A DNA stretch of 63,558 bases, counting the filler, from Candidatus Tectimicrobiota bacterium (GTDB taxonomy: Bacteria; JACPSX01): assembly GCA_016193065.1 (NCBI GenBank). It is 9 parts of 9 records of this genome, joined end to end, with 100 filler letters (N's around TTAATTAATTAA, not from the genome) between each part and the next. Parts side by side here need not be neighbours in the genome. Positions count along the whole stretch, not along the records: positions 9,775 to 21,757 come from JACPSX010000187.1; positions 21,858 to 32,488 come from JACPSX010000036.1; 7 more parts are not named here. One strand, written 5' to 3'. Position numbers and translations under genes: made by a program. This document shows positions 19,691-28,809 of the stretch, in pieces. The stretch's first letter is position 1. Each line of letters starts with the position of its first letter. The notes beneath the pieces were generated by a model, which worked only from the letters and a program-made list of their open reading frames with translations, searched no databases and was not told the origin of the DNA.

Positions 19691-21739
19691 TCATTTTCGT
19701 GACAGAGACGGGGTCAAGATCACGTTCCCCAGGGGATCGACCTTTCCCCGCCACTCGGGAAAGATGACGATCGTGGCCCCGGATTCCTCCACAATGGCCG
19801 GACCCTCCAGGCAATTGCCAGGACGCAAAGATTCCCGATTATAGACCGGGGTGCGAACGACCTGGCCGGAAAAATAGACATCACGGACTTCCCGGCCCGC
19901 CTCGCCGGAGGGATTTTCATCCCCCGGCGCCTCCGCGGGCAGGCTGGGCTTGGGAACCGCGGCAATGACCGCGGCCCTGACGTTGATGAGCTGAACCTCG
20001 CCGGCTTCCTTCCCATGCCCGTAGACCTCTCGGAAGGCGCGATAAAAGCGCTGCCGCAAAACCTCCATCGGTTCCACCTCGGGCTCATAAGGAACGTTGA
20101 GCTCGAAGGCTTGCCCGAGGTAGCGCAGGTCCACGGAGAAGCGGGCTCTCATTTCCTCCCGCTGAAACCCCTCCCCCATGAGAATGTTCTCTCCCTGTGC
20201 CGCCAGCTCCCGGCAGACCTCCGGGAGCTCCTCCGCCTGGAGTTCCTGGAACAAGCGCAGGTGAGTTTTTACCAGATCGAGTTTCAGATCCGAGGCCAGC
20301 AGGCCCATGGCCGACAGGTTTCCGGGGTATTTCGGGATGAAGACCCGGCTAATCTGCAACTCCTCCGCAATGGGAACTGCGTGCATGGGACCCGCCCCTC
20401 CGAAGGGGATTAAAACGTAATCCCGGGGATCTTTCCCCTTTTCAATGGAAATTTCCCGGATGGAGCTCACCATCTTGGCCACGGCAATTTGGATGATCCC
20501 CTCCGCCAGGCGCCGCACATCCATACCTCCGAGCCTTTCCGAGAGGGACATTAATGCCTTCTCGGCGAGCCCCCGATCCAGGCGGATCTTGCCGCCCAGA
20601 ACGAGCCCCGCTCCCAGGCGGTTCAGGTACAAGTTCGCGTCGGTGACCGTAACCTCCGTCCCTTCCTTGCCGTAGCAAGCCGGGCCGGGGTCGGCCCCGG
20701 CGCTTTCGGGACCCACGGTTATGACTCCAGCCATGTCAGCGCGGGCCAGACTTCCCCCGCCGGCTCCCACGGTGTTGATTTCGACCTGCGGATACTTGAG
20801 GGGGAAGCCGCGGATCTTGTTCTCGCTGGAAACCACCGGGGCGAGATCTTCAATCAAACAGACGTCCGTGCTGGTGCCGCCCATGTCGTAGGTGATCATA
20901 TGGGAGAGACCCGCCTTCTGCGCGGCAAAGAGGGCCCCGTTGACCCCTCCCACGGGCCCTGACAGGATGGTACGAACAGGCAAGGCGCGGGCTTGGGCCG
21001 CGGTACAGGCGCCTCCGTTGGAAGACATGATGAAGAGTTTGGAGCGGTAGCCGCGCAGTTGCAGCTCCTCCTCCAGACTCCCCAGATAACGATCCATGAC
21101 GGGGAGAAGATAGCAATTCAGAACCGTGGTCGAGAAGCGCTCGTATTCACGGTACTCGGTGACAACCTCCGAAGAGGCAGAGATGAGGGCGCTCTGCAGC
21201 TTCTCAGCCAGGCGTCGCTTCACGAGCTGCTCGTGCTTTGGATTGATATAAGAATGAAGAAAACAGACGGCCACTGCCTCGGCTCTGCAGCGCACAATGT
21301 CCTGGGAGACCTGATCGACTTCCGGCAGGGAAATACCCGCCAGGACCTCACCGTCGTAGCGCAGCCTTTCCTGAATCTCAAAGCGGCGGGTGCGCGGGAC
21401 CAGAGGCTTCTCTTTGCTAAACTTGATCTGAAACAAGCTGCCCGGCGCGTTGCGTTGCGTGCGGCCGATCTCGAGGAGATCCTTGAACCCTTTCGTGGTG
21501 ACCAGGGCCACCCGGGCTCCCTTGCGCTCCAGGATCGTATTGGTCCCCACCGTCATCCCGTGCACGATCCGGCGCACCTTGTGCAGATCGATCTTCATTT
21601 GTTCGAGACCCTGGATGACCCCGAGGGCCTGATTGGCCGGAGTCTAGGGGACCTTGCCGACCCGGGTCTCCCCGCTCTCCTCGTCAAAGGCCACCAGGTC
21701 CGTGAACGTCCCTCCTACGTCAACGCCGATTGTCAGCAC
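19691..21739 (-). pseudogene. Hydantoinase A/5-oxoprolinase subunit with an in-frame TAG at codon 32
   Basis: GTG start with AGGAGG; IGVDVGGTFTD...KVP*TP; HGMTVGTN, DMGGTSTDV, GPESAGADPGP, FGGAGPMH. Confidence 0.85.
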
Positions 21740-21857
21740 ATCCTCCTCCTGACTCAGNNNNNNNNNNNNNNNNNNNNNNNNNNNNNNNNNNNNNNNNNNN
21801 NTTAATTAATTAANNNNNNNNNNNNNNNNNNNNNNNNNNNNNNNNNNNNNNNNNNNN

Positions 21858-22120
21858 GCCGACCTTCCCGCTCTGAGCGCAACTGCCGGGAGCAGCGGCA
21901 CCCAACGGGTACCCGACCGGGAGCGGCCAGGGATGGGAAACCGCGCAGCCTAGACCCGCTTGCAGACAGCCGAAAACTTATCGTGGCGGTAGCGGAGGGG
22001 TCCCACCCTGGGCGCCCCGAGAAGGGTCGTTGCGGGCACCCGCATGGCGCGGGTACCCACGAAGTGGGTGCGGAAGCAAGGGGCGGGAGGCAGTCCCCTT
22101 TGCTATGGAGCCGCAAAAAC
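21858..22120. mobile_element. Long imperfect-hairpin non-coding repeat (MITE-like), homologous to 32589-32752
   Basis: Shares CCGGGAGCAGCGG and a ...GGCAG(T/C)C...CTATRG...GCAAAA end with the 32589 copy; both sit at contig breaks. Confidence 0.6.
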
Positions 22121-22472
22121 TGAGATGGCGTGGTGGGGGGGAATTTTGGACGCCGGCACCTTGATCTACAGCTTCGACCGCGGCCCCGAGGGCACCATTG
22201 CGGGTAGGCTGTGGGGCTCCCGGGAGGATTCCAGCAAGGTTGTGGAACTAGGCATCCTCCAGTCTTTGCTCCCTCCCGCGAGCGCTGGTCCCCTCGACGA
22301 TCTGGTCGGCAAAGTGCTTTTTGCCCGGTTGGGGGAGCGATTTGTACGGGGCATCCGGCACGGAAGGGCCCGCCCTCCCAACTTCGAGGATGGCCTCCGG
22401 GCGCAGGAGGTCATCGCTGCGATTTTGCGTTCGGCTGCGGAGGGTTCCCGTGTTCAGCCTGACTACGGATGA
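22121..22472 (+). pseudogene. C-terminal remnant of a Gfo/Idh/MocA oxidoreductase
   Basis: PNFEDGLRAQEVIAAILRSA C-terminal signature; no N-terminal Rossmann domain after the repeat. Confidence 0.6.
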
Positions 22473-23494
22473 GAGCCGGAGGGAAGCCCATCGAGAAGCG
22501 CTAGTGCGGCTTCCTCGTCTGTGATGAGAATGTTGCAGTAACCCCCGGTCAGCACACCACGGATCGAGGGGGCCTTCTTTGCGCCGCCGGCGACGGCAAT
22601 GACCGATTTGCCGTACTGCCGGGAGAGTTCCCTGAGACGGCTGGCCGGAACGGCCAGCACCCGGCTCGTTAGCTTCCTGAGTTCTTCTCTCTCTACGATC
22701 TTCCCCTGGGCATCAAAGGGTTGGTAGTTGATCTCGCCGACCACTTCCAAAGCCAGGAGCTGGTCCGGGCGAACTCCGAAGAATTCTGCCAGGGTGCAGA
22801 ATCCCGGGGTATCCCTGCCGATGCTCCCGATCCCCAGGAGGGCCACGTCGACATTGCCGGCCTCCTCCAGGATCCTGCGGATTTCCTGATTCTGAAGGAG
22901 GAGCTTTCTTTCCCGGTCGATTTCCTCCAGAGGAGCAATGAGCTGGGCGTGAAGGGCGTAGGCAGTCACATGGGGACGGTATTTGGCGGCCATCATTCCC
23001 ACCAGCGTGTTGGGGAAAAGGTCCACGAGGGTCAATGTGCTTTCGGCGGACAGCGGATAGATCTTAAGGTCTCGGAAGTGATGCTCTCGCAGGTTCTTGA
23101 TCGTATGGTAGAGGGTATAACCGCAAGAAAGCCCGACCTTGATTCCGTTGGCGGCGACCCGTTCGAAATAGCGGGCCGCTGTCCAGCCCAGCTCCTCCTT
23201 GGTGTATTCTCCAAGGCCGCCGGGAATCACCACGGCATCCCTCAGGCCGAACTGCTCGATGAGAGCCGTTTCCAGTCGGGGGAGCTGGGGGAGGTTGAGT
23301 TCCACCCGCACGATTCCTTCGCCGTACGCTCGTTTCAGGAGTCTTGAGACCTTACTGTGAGAAAGCCCCAGGTGTTGGGCGATCTCCTTTTGATTCTTGT
23401 GGTGCCGGTAATACAAGAGGACACAGCTAATCATTTCCTTGAGTTCTTGACCGCTGTCCATCTCGCGGTGGGGAAGGTGGGCCTGAAACTTCAT
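22463..23494 (-). CDS. SorC/DeoR-type (CggR-like) sugar-binding transcriptional regulator
   Basis: HTH NQKEIAQHLGLSHSKVSRLLKRA, GLSCGYTL, AVAGGAKKA, LITDE. Confidence 0.92.
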   Translation of the reverse strand: MKFQAHLPHREMDSGQELKEMISCVLLYYRHHKNQKEIAQHLGLSHSKVSRLLKRAYGEGIVRVELNLPQLPRLETALIEQFGLRDAVVIPGGLGEYTKEELGWTAARYFERVAANGIKVGLSCGYTLYHTIKNLREHHFRDLKIYPLSAESTLTLVDLFPNTLVGMMAAKYRPHVTAYALHAQLIAPLEEIDRERKLLLQNQEIRRILEEAGNVDVALLGIGSIGRDTPGFCTLAEFFGVRPDQLLALEVVGEINYQPFDAQGKIVEREELRKLTSRVLAVPASRLRELSRQYGKSVIAVAGGAKKAPSIRGVLTGGYCNILITDEEAALALLDGLPSGSHP

Positions 23495-23549
23495 CTTCGA
23501 CCTCTTTCGGACCGTTCTGCAATTTAGAATGGATACTGAAATTAGTTTC

Positions 23550-23591
23550 TTGACACATGGCATTATAGTCAATACCATGTAAATATTTCAA
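23550..23591. promoter_or_regulatory. Overlapping divergent promoters with a candidate operator palindrome
   Basis: Plus strand TTGACA-17-TACCAT; minus strand TTGAAA-18-TATAAT; palindrome ACATGGcATT-N6-AATaCCATGT at 23555-23580. Confidence 0.7.
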
Positions 23592-23699
23592 GCTGCCTTC
23601 CGGCCCTCCTTGTTTCCTTAAATTTTGAAATGTCCGGAGGGCAAACCACAAGGTTTCCGGTGGCAACAACGATTGAGCCGTCTAGAAAAGGAGGTTTCC

Positions 23700-25133
23700 G
23701 TGGAAACAGTCCATTCTTACGACCGTGACAAGAAGGTTCCCCTGGAGGCCTATCACCAGTCCAAGGACGCCTTGAAGGACATGCCCGAGACCACGGTGCA
23801 GCGGATTCCCCTGACGAACCTCCCCAATATTTTTTCCTACAGATCGTACGTATTCTCCCCCAATCCGCAGATGGTGCAGAGGTTCGTGAAAGCTACGAAG
23901 GCCGACATCGGCGGGGTCGGAGGACATGTAGTCGCTGCCGAGGAAGTAAAGGCGCTGGTGACCCAGTTTGTCCTGGAGAACAACAGCTTTCGAGGGGAGC
24001 CTATCTTCTCGAGCTTCATCGCCACGCACACGGGAGACGATATCGGGGTGACGGGAATCGTCTCGGAAAAGATTCCGCCGGAGGTCGTCGATCAGCTTCT
24101 CTGGGATGCCTTGATCGTCGCCACGGAGAAGGCTCGGGAGCTCGGTCTCTACGGGCCCGGTCAGGATCTCCTTGCCGATTCCTTTACGGGGAATTTGAAG
24201 GGGGCCGGGCCTGCTTCGGTCACTCTCCCCTTGCCGGTCCGATCCCACAACCCCTCTCAAACGGTCCTCCTGTCCTTTGCGGACAAGACGGAACCACCAG
24301 CGTTTAATTATTACGCCACCGGAGCCTACCTCCAGCCTCGCTTCAATACCGGGCTGGTCATTGCCGCCTCTCGGATGAAGCGAGGGTATATCTTTGATAT
24401 TGTCGACTTGGACACCAAGGCCCAGGCCGTGGAAAGTGGCGTTCACCCCAGGGATGAGAAGGGGTTGGAATCCAAGATGGAAGAGCTGGGCCATGCCGGG
24501 GAACGGGTGATTAGCTTGCGGTCTCCCGAGGATCTCTTTGACATCGAAGCTTTGACACGGTCCTCCCGATTCGTGGTGGCGCGAATCTACAGCCGGACTG
24601 AAGACGGCGAAAAGGGGGAACTCGGATACGTCGTATCAGCCGAGCGCCTGCACAATATCAAGACGAAAAAGGGATTCGTCTACGGTGGTAAGGATGATCC
24701 GGTCCTGTTGGCTTTTGCCCAATCGGACTGGCCCGCCCCCGGCGAGATTACCTCTCCATGGGCGAACTGCCCCATTGTGCCGGGAGATTGCCGGGGCAGC
24801 CATGGTCTTCATATTTTGCCCGTGCCCATTAACTGGCAAACTTCTTTCTGGTCGGGGCCGATCCTCTCCACCGTAACCTTGAGCATCAACATCCACTCGG
24901 GGCGCATTGGTGCCGTCTCCGACCAGTTCGCTCTCGGTACTCCCTGGGACTGGGTCCGGCATCGAGCATCCTCCCTGATGGTCCAGTTCCGGGCTGCCCA
25001 CGGCATCAGGCAGCCGGCCACACTTCCCGAAGATGAATTGGAGTACCAGGAGGGCTGGAAGGAGAGGCGGGATCGTCTCTATAGACAATTTGCCAGCAAC
25101 GGGGGCCGGGAGCCGGCAAAAATTCTGGGATAG
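23700..25133 (+). CDS. fbp: Class V fructose-1,6-bisphosphate aldolase/phosphatase (divergent, long form)
   Basis: KADIGGVGGH, GDDI, GLYGPGQDLL, ADKTEP, YGGKDDP, RGSH, ELEY; AGGAGG before GTG. Confidence 0.88.
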   Translation: METVHSYDRDKKVPLEAYHQSKDALKDMPETTVQRIPLTNLPNIFSYRSYVFSPNPQMVQRFVKATKADIGGVGGHVVAAEEVKALVTQFVLENNSFRGEPIFSSFIATHTGDDIGVTGIVSEKIPPEVVDQLLWDALIVATEKARELGLYGPGQDLLADSFTGNLKGAGPASVTLPLPVRSHNPSQTVLLSFADKTEPPAFNYYATGAYLQPRFNTGLVIAASRMKRGYIFDIVDLDTKAQAVESGVHPRDEKGLESKMEELGHAGERVISLRSPEDLFDIEALTRSSRFVVARIYSRTEDGEKGELGYVVSAERLHNIKTKKGFVYGGKDDPVLLAFAQSDWPAPGEITSPWANCPIVPGDCRGSHGLHILPVPINWQTSFWSGPILSTVTLSINIHSGRIGAVSDQFALGTPWDWVRHRASSLMVQFRAAHGIRQPATLPEDELEYQEGWKERRDRLYRQFASNGGREPAKILG

Positions 25134-25139
25134 AGCCAT

Positions 25140-25883
25140 TTGGACCTCGGTTCCAGCGGGCTGCTGAAGCCTCGGATCTCCGCATTTCCTCGGGAGGGGA
25201 CGGATGCCCCGCAGGGGCGCTGTCTCCTGCTTTTCTGCCTACTCCTAGCCATGATTCTCTCGGGGTGTGCCGTCAACCGCGCGGTCCTGCGTGACCCTCT
25301 GAGTCCGGAAGAACACAACGATCTCGGAGTGGCCTACGAGTCCCGCGGAGAAAATTCGCTGGCCCGGCGGGAATATGAGGCGGCTCTGAATCAAAATCCC
25401 GCCTCTCTTGTGGCTCGCATGAACCTCGGGAATGTTCTCCTGAAAATCGGAGAGTGGAGAGCCGCGGAGTCCGCTTTCGAGGAAGTCGTTGCCCGCAATT
25501 CGAATCATGCCGCAGCGTACAACAACCTGGCCTGGGCCCTGATCGAACAGAAGCGCCGCCTTCCGGAAGCGTTGCAGTTTGCCCAGCGCGCCCTGGACCT
25601 GGATCCGGATCCGGGCAGATCTCTTTACTACCGGGATACAATCGGCATGGCCTACCTCTCATTGGGAAACACGGCCGCAGCGGTTGCCACGTTTCGAGAT
25701 CTCATTGCGAGGGCGGATGGCAGCTCCCTGGAATTTTTGGGAGAGGTTTATTATCATCTGGGGCTTGCCTATGAGCAGGCCGGCGACCGGGTCCAGTTCC
25801 TGGAATCTATGCGGAAAGCCAAGGCCTTGCTGCCGGAGGGCGATTTGGCCCGCCGGGTCCTTGACAAGCTCCAGGGAAATTGA
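25140..25883 (+). CDS. TPR-repeat lipoprotein; start uncertain
   Basis: LSGC lipobox; TPR motifs HNDLGVAY, YNNLAWAL, YYHLGLAY. Confidence 0.85.
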   Translation: MDLGSSGLLKPRISAFPREGTDAPQGRCLLLFCLLLAMILSGCAVNRAVLRDPLSPEEHNDLGVAYESRGENSLARREYEAALNQNPASLVARMNLGNVLLKIGEWRAAESAFEEVVARNSNHAAAYNNLAWALIEQKRRLPEALQFAQRALDLDPDPGRSLYYRDTIGMAYLSLGNTAAAVATFRDLIARADGSSLEFLGEVYYHLGLAYEQAGDRVQFLESMRKAKALLPEGDLARRVLDKLQGN

Positions 25884-26899
25884 TGGACTGCCATCCCGAA
25901 AAATTGCTGGTCGTGCGCCGCGGAGCTCTGGGCGATTTGATCCTGACCCTGCCGTTCCTGAGGGTTTTAAAACAACTCCACCCCCGGGCGGATCTCGAAG
26001 TGCTCGGGCCCTTTCATCTGTGGTCGGTCATCGCAGGGGGCTCAGGGTGGGTGAGGCGGATTCACGACCTGGAGGCATTCAACCTCTCGGCCCTTTACGT
26101 CTGCGGTGGGCAGATTCCGCCCGCGGTCCGCGAATTCTTCGCTGCATTTGATGGCATCTACTACATCGGGACCGATCCGGAAGGAGTCATCCGCTCCCAA
26201 CTAAGCCGGCACGGTCTCTCCGACGTGAAGTTCATATCCCCCTTTCCTCCTCCGGGAGGCTCTGTTCGTGTCAGCGATCACCTGATCGACCAGCTTGGAG
26301 ACCATGGATTTTCGCCCGCCACCCTGCGGCCGGTCATCTTTCCCGGTGAGGCCAGCTTGCTCCTGGGGGGAAGGGTCCTCAAAGATCTAGAGCTCCCTGT
26401 GGGTCACCCGCTGCTTGCCATTCATCCGGGCAGCGGCAGCCCCGGGAAGAACTGGCCCCGGGATCATTTCGGGGAAATTATTCGCCGGTGTTTACAGAGG
26501 AAGAGGGCAACGCCGCTTGTCTTTTTGGGGGAGGCCGAGGCCGGTGAGATGACCTCCTGGGCTCGACATCTCTCGGCGGGGAAATTTCCCCTGTTGTGCG
26601 ATCTTCCTCTGAGTTTGCTGGCTAGCGTCCTGGCGTGTTGCCATCTCTACCTGGGGAACGATTCAGGGGTTACCCATCTGGCCGCCGCTCTCCGGGTGCC
26701 GACCATCGCCCTGTTTGGTTCCACGGATCCGGCCGTGTGGGGGCCCAGAGGAGAAAGGGTTGTGATTCTCTCTCCTCCGACTCCTTCCGGAATGGGTTCG
26801 GGATCTGCCGGGCTGGAAGTGGAAACAGTCTGGCGGAAAGTTGAAGAAATGTTACGGGGAATCGTTACGGGCCAGGTTCCTGGGACGGGGTCAGACTGA
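25880..26899 (+). CDS. Glycosyltransferase family 9 (heptosyltransferase-like)
   Basis: GALGDLIL, HPGSGSPGKNW, GNDSGVTHLAAA, LFGST. Confidence 0.92.
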   Translation: MMDCHPEKLLVVRRGALGDLILTLPFLRVLKQLHPRADLEVLGPFHLWSVIAGGSGWVRRIHDLEAFNLSALYVCGGQIPPAVREFFAAFDGIYYIGTDPEGVIRSQLSRHGLSDVKFISPFPPPGGSVRVSDHLIDQLGDHGFSPATLRPVIFPGEASLLLGGRVLKDLELPVGHPLLAIHPGSGSPGKNWPRDHFGEIIRRCLQRKRATPLVFLGEAEAGEMTSWARHLSAGKFPLLCDLPLSLLASVLACCHLYLGNDSGVTHLAAALRVPTIALFGSTDPAVWGPRGERVVILSPPTPSGMGSGSAGLEVETVWRKVEEMLRGIVTGQVPGTGSD

Positions 26900-27734
26900 T
26901 TCGGGAGCTGTGGCGGAAATACCCCAGACTATATGAGATCAGAACCACCGTGGAAATCCCCATCAAGAAAAGGCTGTAGAGTTGACTGCCGAGCATGTAC
27001 AGGGGGGATGCTTGCCGGATGGCCTGGGAGAGCCATTCCGAACCTTTGAAGAACAGCAGGACGGAGAGAGGAAGCAGGGAAAAAAGAAGGATGAAACCGG
27101 AAAGACAGGCCATGCCCAGGGCAAAAAGAAGATGGCTCTTGACAAAGAGCAGGACAATCTTCAGTGCCGCCAGAGGCCCTACATGCTCCAAGGCCAGCAC
27201 CGGGCCTGCGAACGGAGAGGCCAGCAGCAGAAAAAGAATCCCCGTCAGCAGGGCTGCGGTCAGGAGAAACCCGATGAAGAGTCCGAACAGGGCCAGGTAC
27301 AAAGGCAAGCCGGAGAGCCCCCGGATGAGCTTGAAGGAGGCAATTTCAACGGCGAAAAGAGTGCTGGAAAGCAGCCAGAGGACCGTGAGCAGGATTGAGA
27401 TACAAACTCCCAAGCCCAGAAGGCGGGCACTCAGTGGTAGTGCCTCCATCAGCGACTGCCGCAGGTAAAGGGGACGGGACTCCACCAGGGAAGTGATCAG
27501 GGCGAAGAGCCACCCGTACTGGAGGATGGTGAGGACAAAAACCAGGAAATTGACGACCAGGAGGCCAGCCGGACCCGAGTCGAGACCGGCACCGGACGGT
27601 CCCCTTCCCCAGAGGAGAATGAGGAGAAAAGTGTTAACAGAGAAGAGCAGGAATGGAGGGACGAAGATTTTCGTCTCTTTCGTGGCCAATTGACAGGCAT
27701 CCTGAAAATTGCGGGCAACTCCCGTTGGATTCAT
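26865..27734 (-). CDS. Integral membrane hypothetical protein
   Basis: About six hydrophobic segments; follows mreB on the same strand. Confidence 0.7.
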   Translation of the reverse strand: MNPTGVARNFQDACQLATKETKIFVPPFLLFSVNTFLLILLWGRGPSGAGLDSGPAGLLVVNFLVFVLTILQYGWLFALITSLVESRPLYLRQSLMEALPLSARLLGLGVCISILLTVLWLLSSTLFAVEIASFKLIRGLSGLPLYLALFGLFIGFLLTAALLTGILFLLLASPFAGPVLALEHVGPLAALKIVLLFVKSHLLFALGMACLSGFILLFSLLPLSVLLFFKGSEWLSQAIRQASPLYMLGSQLYSLFLMGISTVVLISYSLGYFRHSSRISLTPSQEPGP

Positions 27735-27780
27735 TCCGGTGTATCCAAAACTGGAAGGAGGGATTTTGTAGGGTGAATCC

Positions 27781-28803
27781 TCAGTTGATACAAACCTTCC
27801 CCAGCGTTTTAAAGTTTTCCAAGACCTCTCCGGTTCCGCGTACGATGGCCGTCAGCGGATCCTTGGCTCTGAAAATGGGGAGCCCGGTCTCCTGGTGAAG
27901 CCGTGGCCCCAGACCTTTCAGGAGAGCCCCACCTCCGGCGAGAACGATGCCTCTCTCGGTAATGTCAGCGGACAGTTCAGGAGAGGTTTTCTCCAGCGCC
28001 CGCCTGGTGGATTCCACAATGGCCTTTACCGGTTCGTTCAGGGCTTGCCGGATGAAGCTATCATCGACCGAAAAGCTGACAGGGACACCCCGGATCAGGT
28101 CTCTCCCCCTTACTTGGGTCTGCAGGCGCTGGCGCAAGGGGGAAGCGGAGCCAATTTCCATCTTCACCCGCTCGGCCTCAAAGGGGCCGATTTGTATGTT
28201 TAAGATGCGGCGGATGTGCTGCATGATGGCTTCGTCCATCTCGTCCCCGGCCACGCGGGTCGATTCGCTGTAGGCGGTGGCTGACAGGGACAGGACGGCC
28301 ACCTCCGTGGTGCCACCGCCGATGTCGATGACCATACTCCCCCTGGCCTCATGGATGGGGAGTTTAGATCCGATGGCCGCTGCCATGGGCTCCTCGATGA
28401 GGTGAACCTTGCGCGCCCCGGACTGGATGGAGGAATCAATGACCGCCTTTTTTTCGACCTGTGTGATTCCCGAAGGGACACAGACGATGACCTTGGGCGG
28501 GAACAGATTGGTCCCGCTGAGTACCTTGCGGATGAAGTAGGAGATCATCTTCTTGGTGATGTCAAAGTCCGCAATGACCCCGTCCTTCATGGGCCGGATG
28601 GCCTCGATCGTTTCCGGTGTCTTGCCGTACATGGCCTTGGCCGCTTTTCCGACGGCAATGACCCGGCCGTCCACCTTGTTGATGGCCACCACGGAGGGCT
28701 CGTTGAGGATGATTCCCTTCCCTCTCATGAAGATCAGGGTATTCGCGGTTCCCAGGTCAATGGCCAGGTCTTTGGCAAAAAGTCCCCGCAGTTTGCCCAA
28801 CAT
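27781..28803 (-). CDS. mreB: Rod shape-determining actin-like protein MreB
   Basis: IDLGTANT, EPSVVA, DIGGGTTE, LAGGGALL. Confidence 0.96.
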   Translation of the reverse strand: MLGKLRGLFAKDLAIDLGTANTLIFMRGKGIILNEPSVVAINKVDGRVIAVGKAAKAMYGKTPETIEAIRPMKDGVIADFDITKKMISYFIRKVLSGTNLFPPKVIVCVPSGITQVEKKAVIDSSIQSGARKVHLIEEPMAAAIGSKLPIHEARGSMVIDIGGGTTEVAVLSLSATAYSESTRVAGDEMDEAIMQHIRRILNIQIGPFEAERVKMEIGSASPLRQRLQTQVRGRDLIRGVPVSFSVDDSFIRQALNEPVKAIVESTRRALEKTSPELSADITERGIVLAGGGALLKGLGPRLHQETGLPIFRAKDPLTAIVRGTGEVLENFKTLGKVCIN

Positions 28804-28809
28804 GCTCCG

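Noticed and set aside
21644-21646. Genome-wide TAG recoding
   Set aside because: TAG terminates many conserved genes here at the expected positions, for example at 25133, 34865, 39014 and 62691
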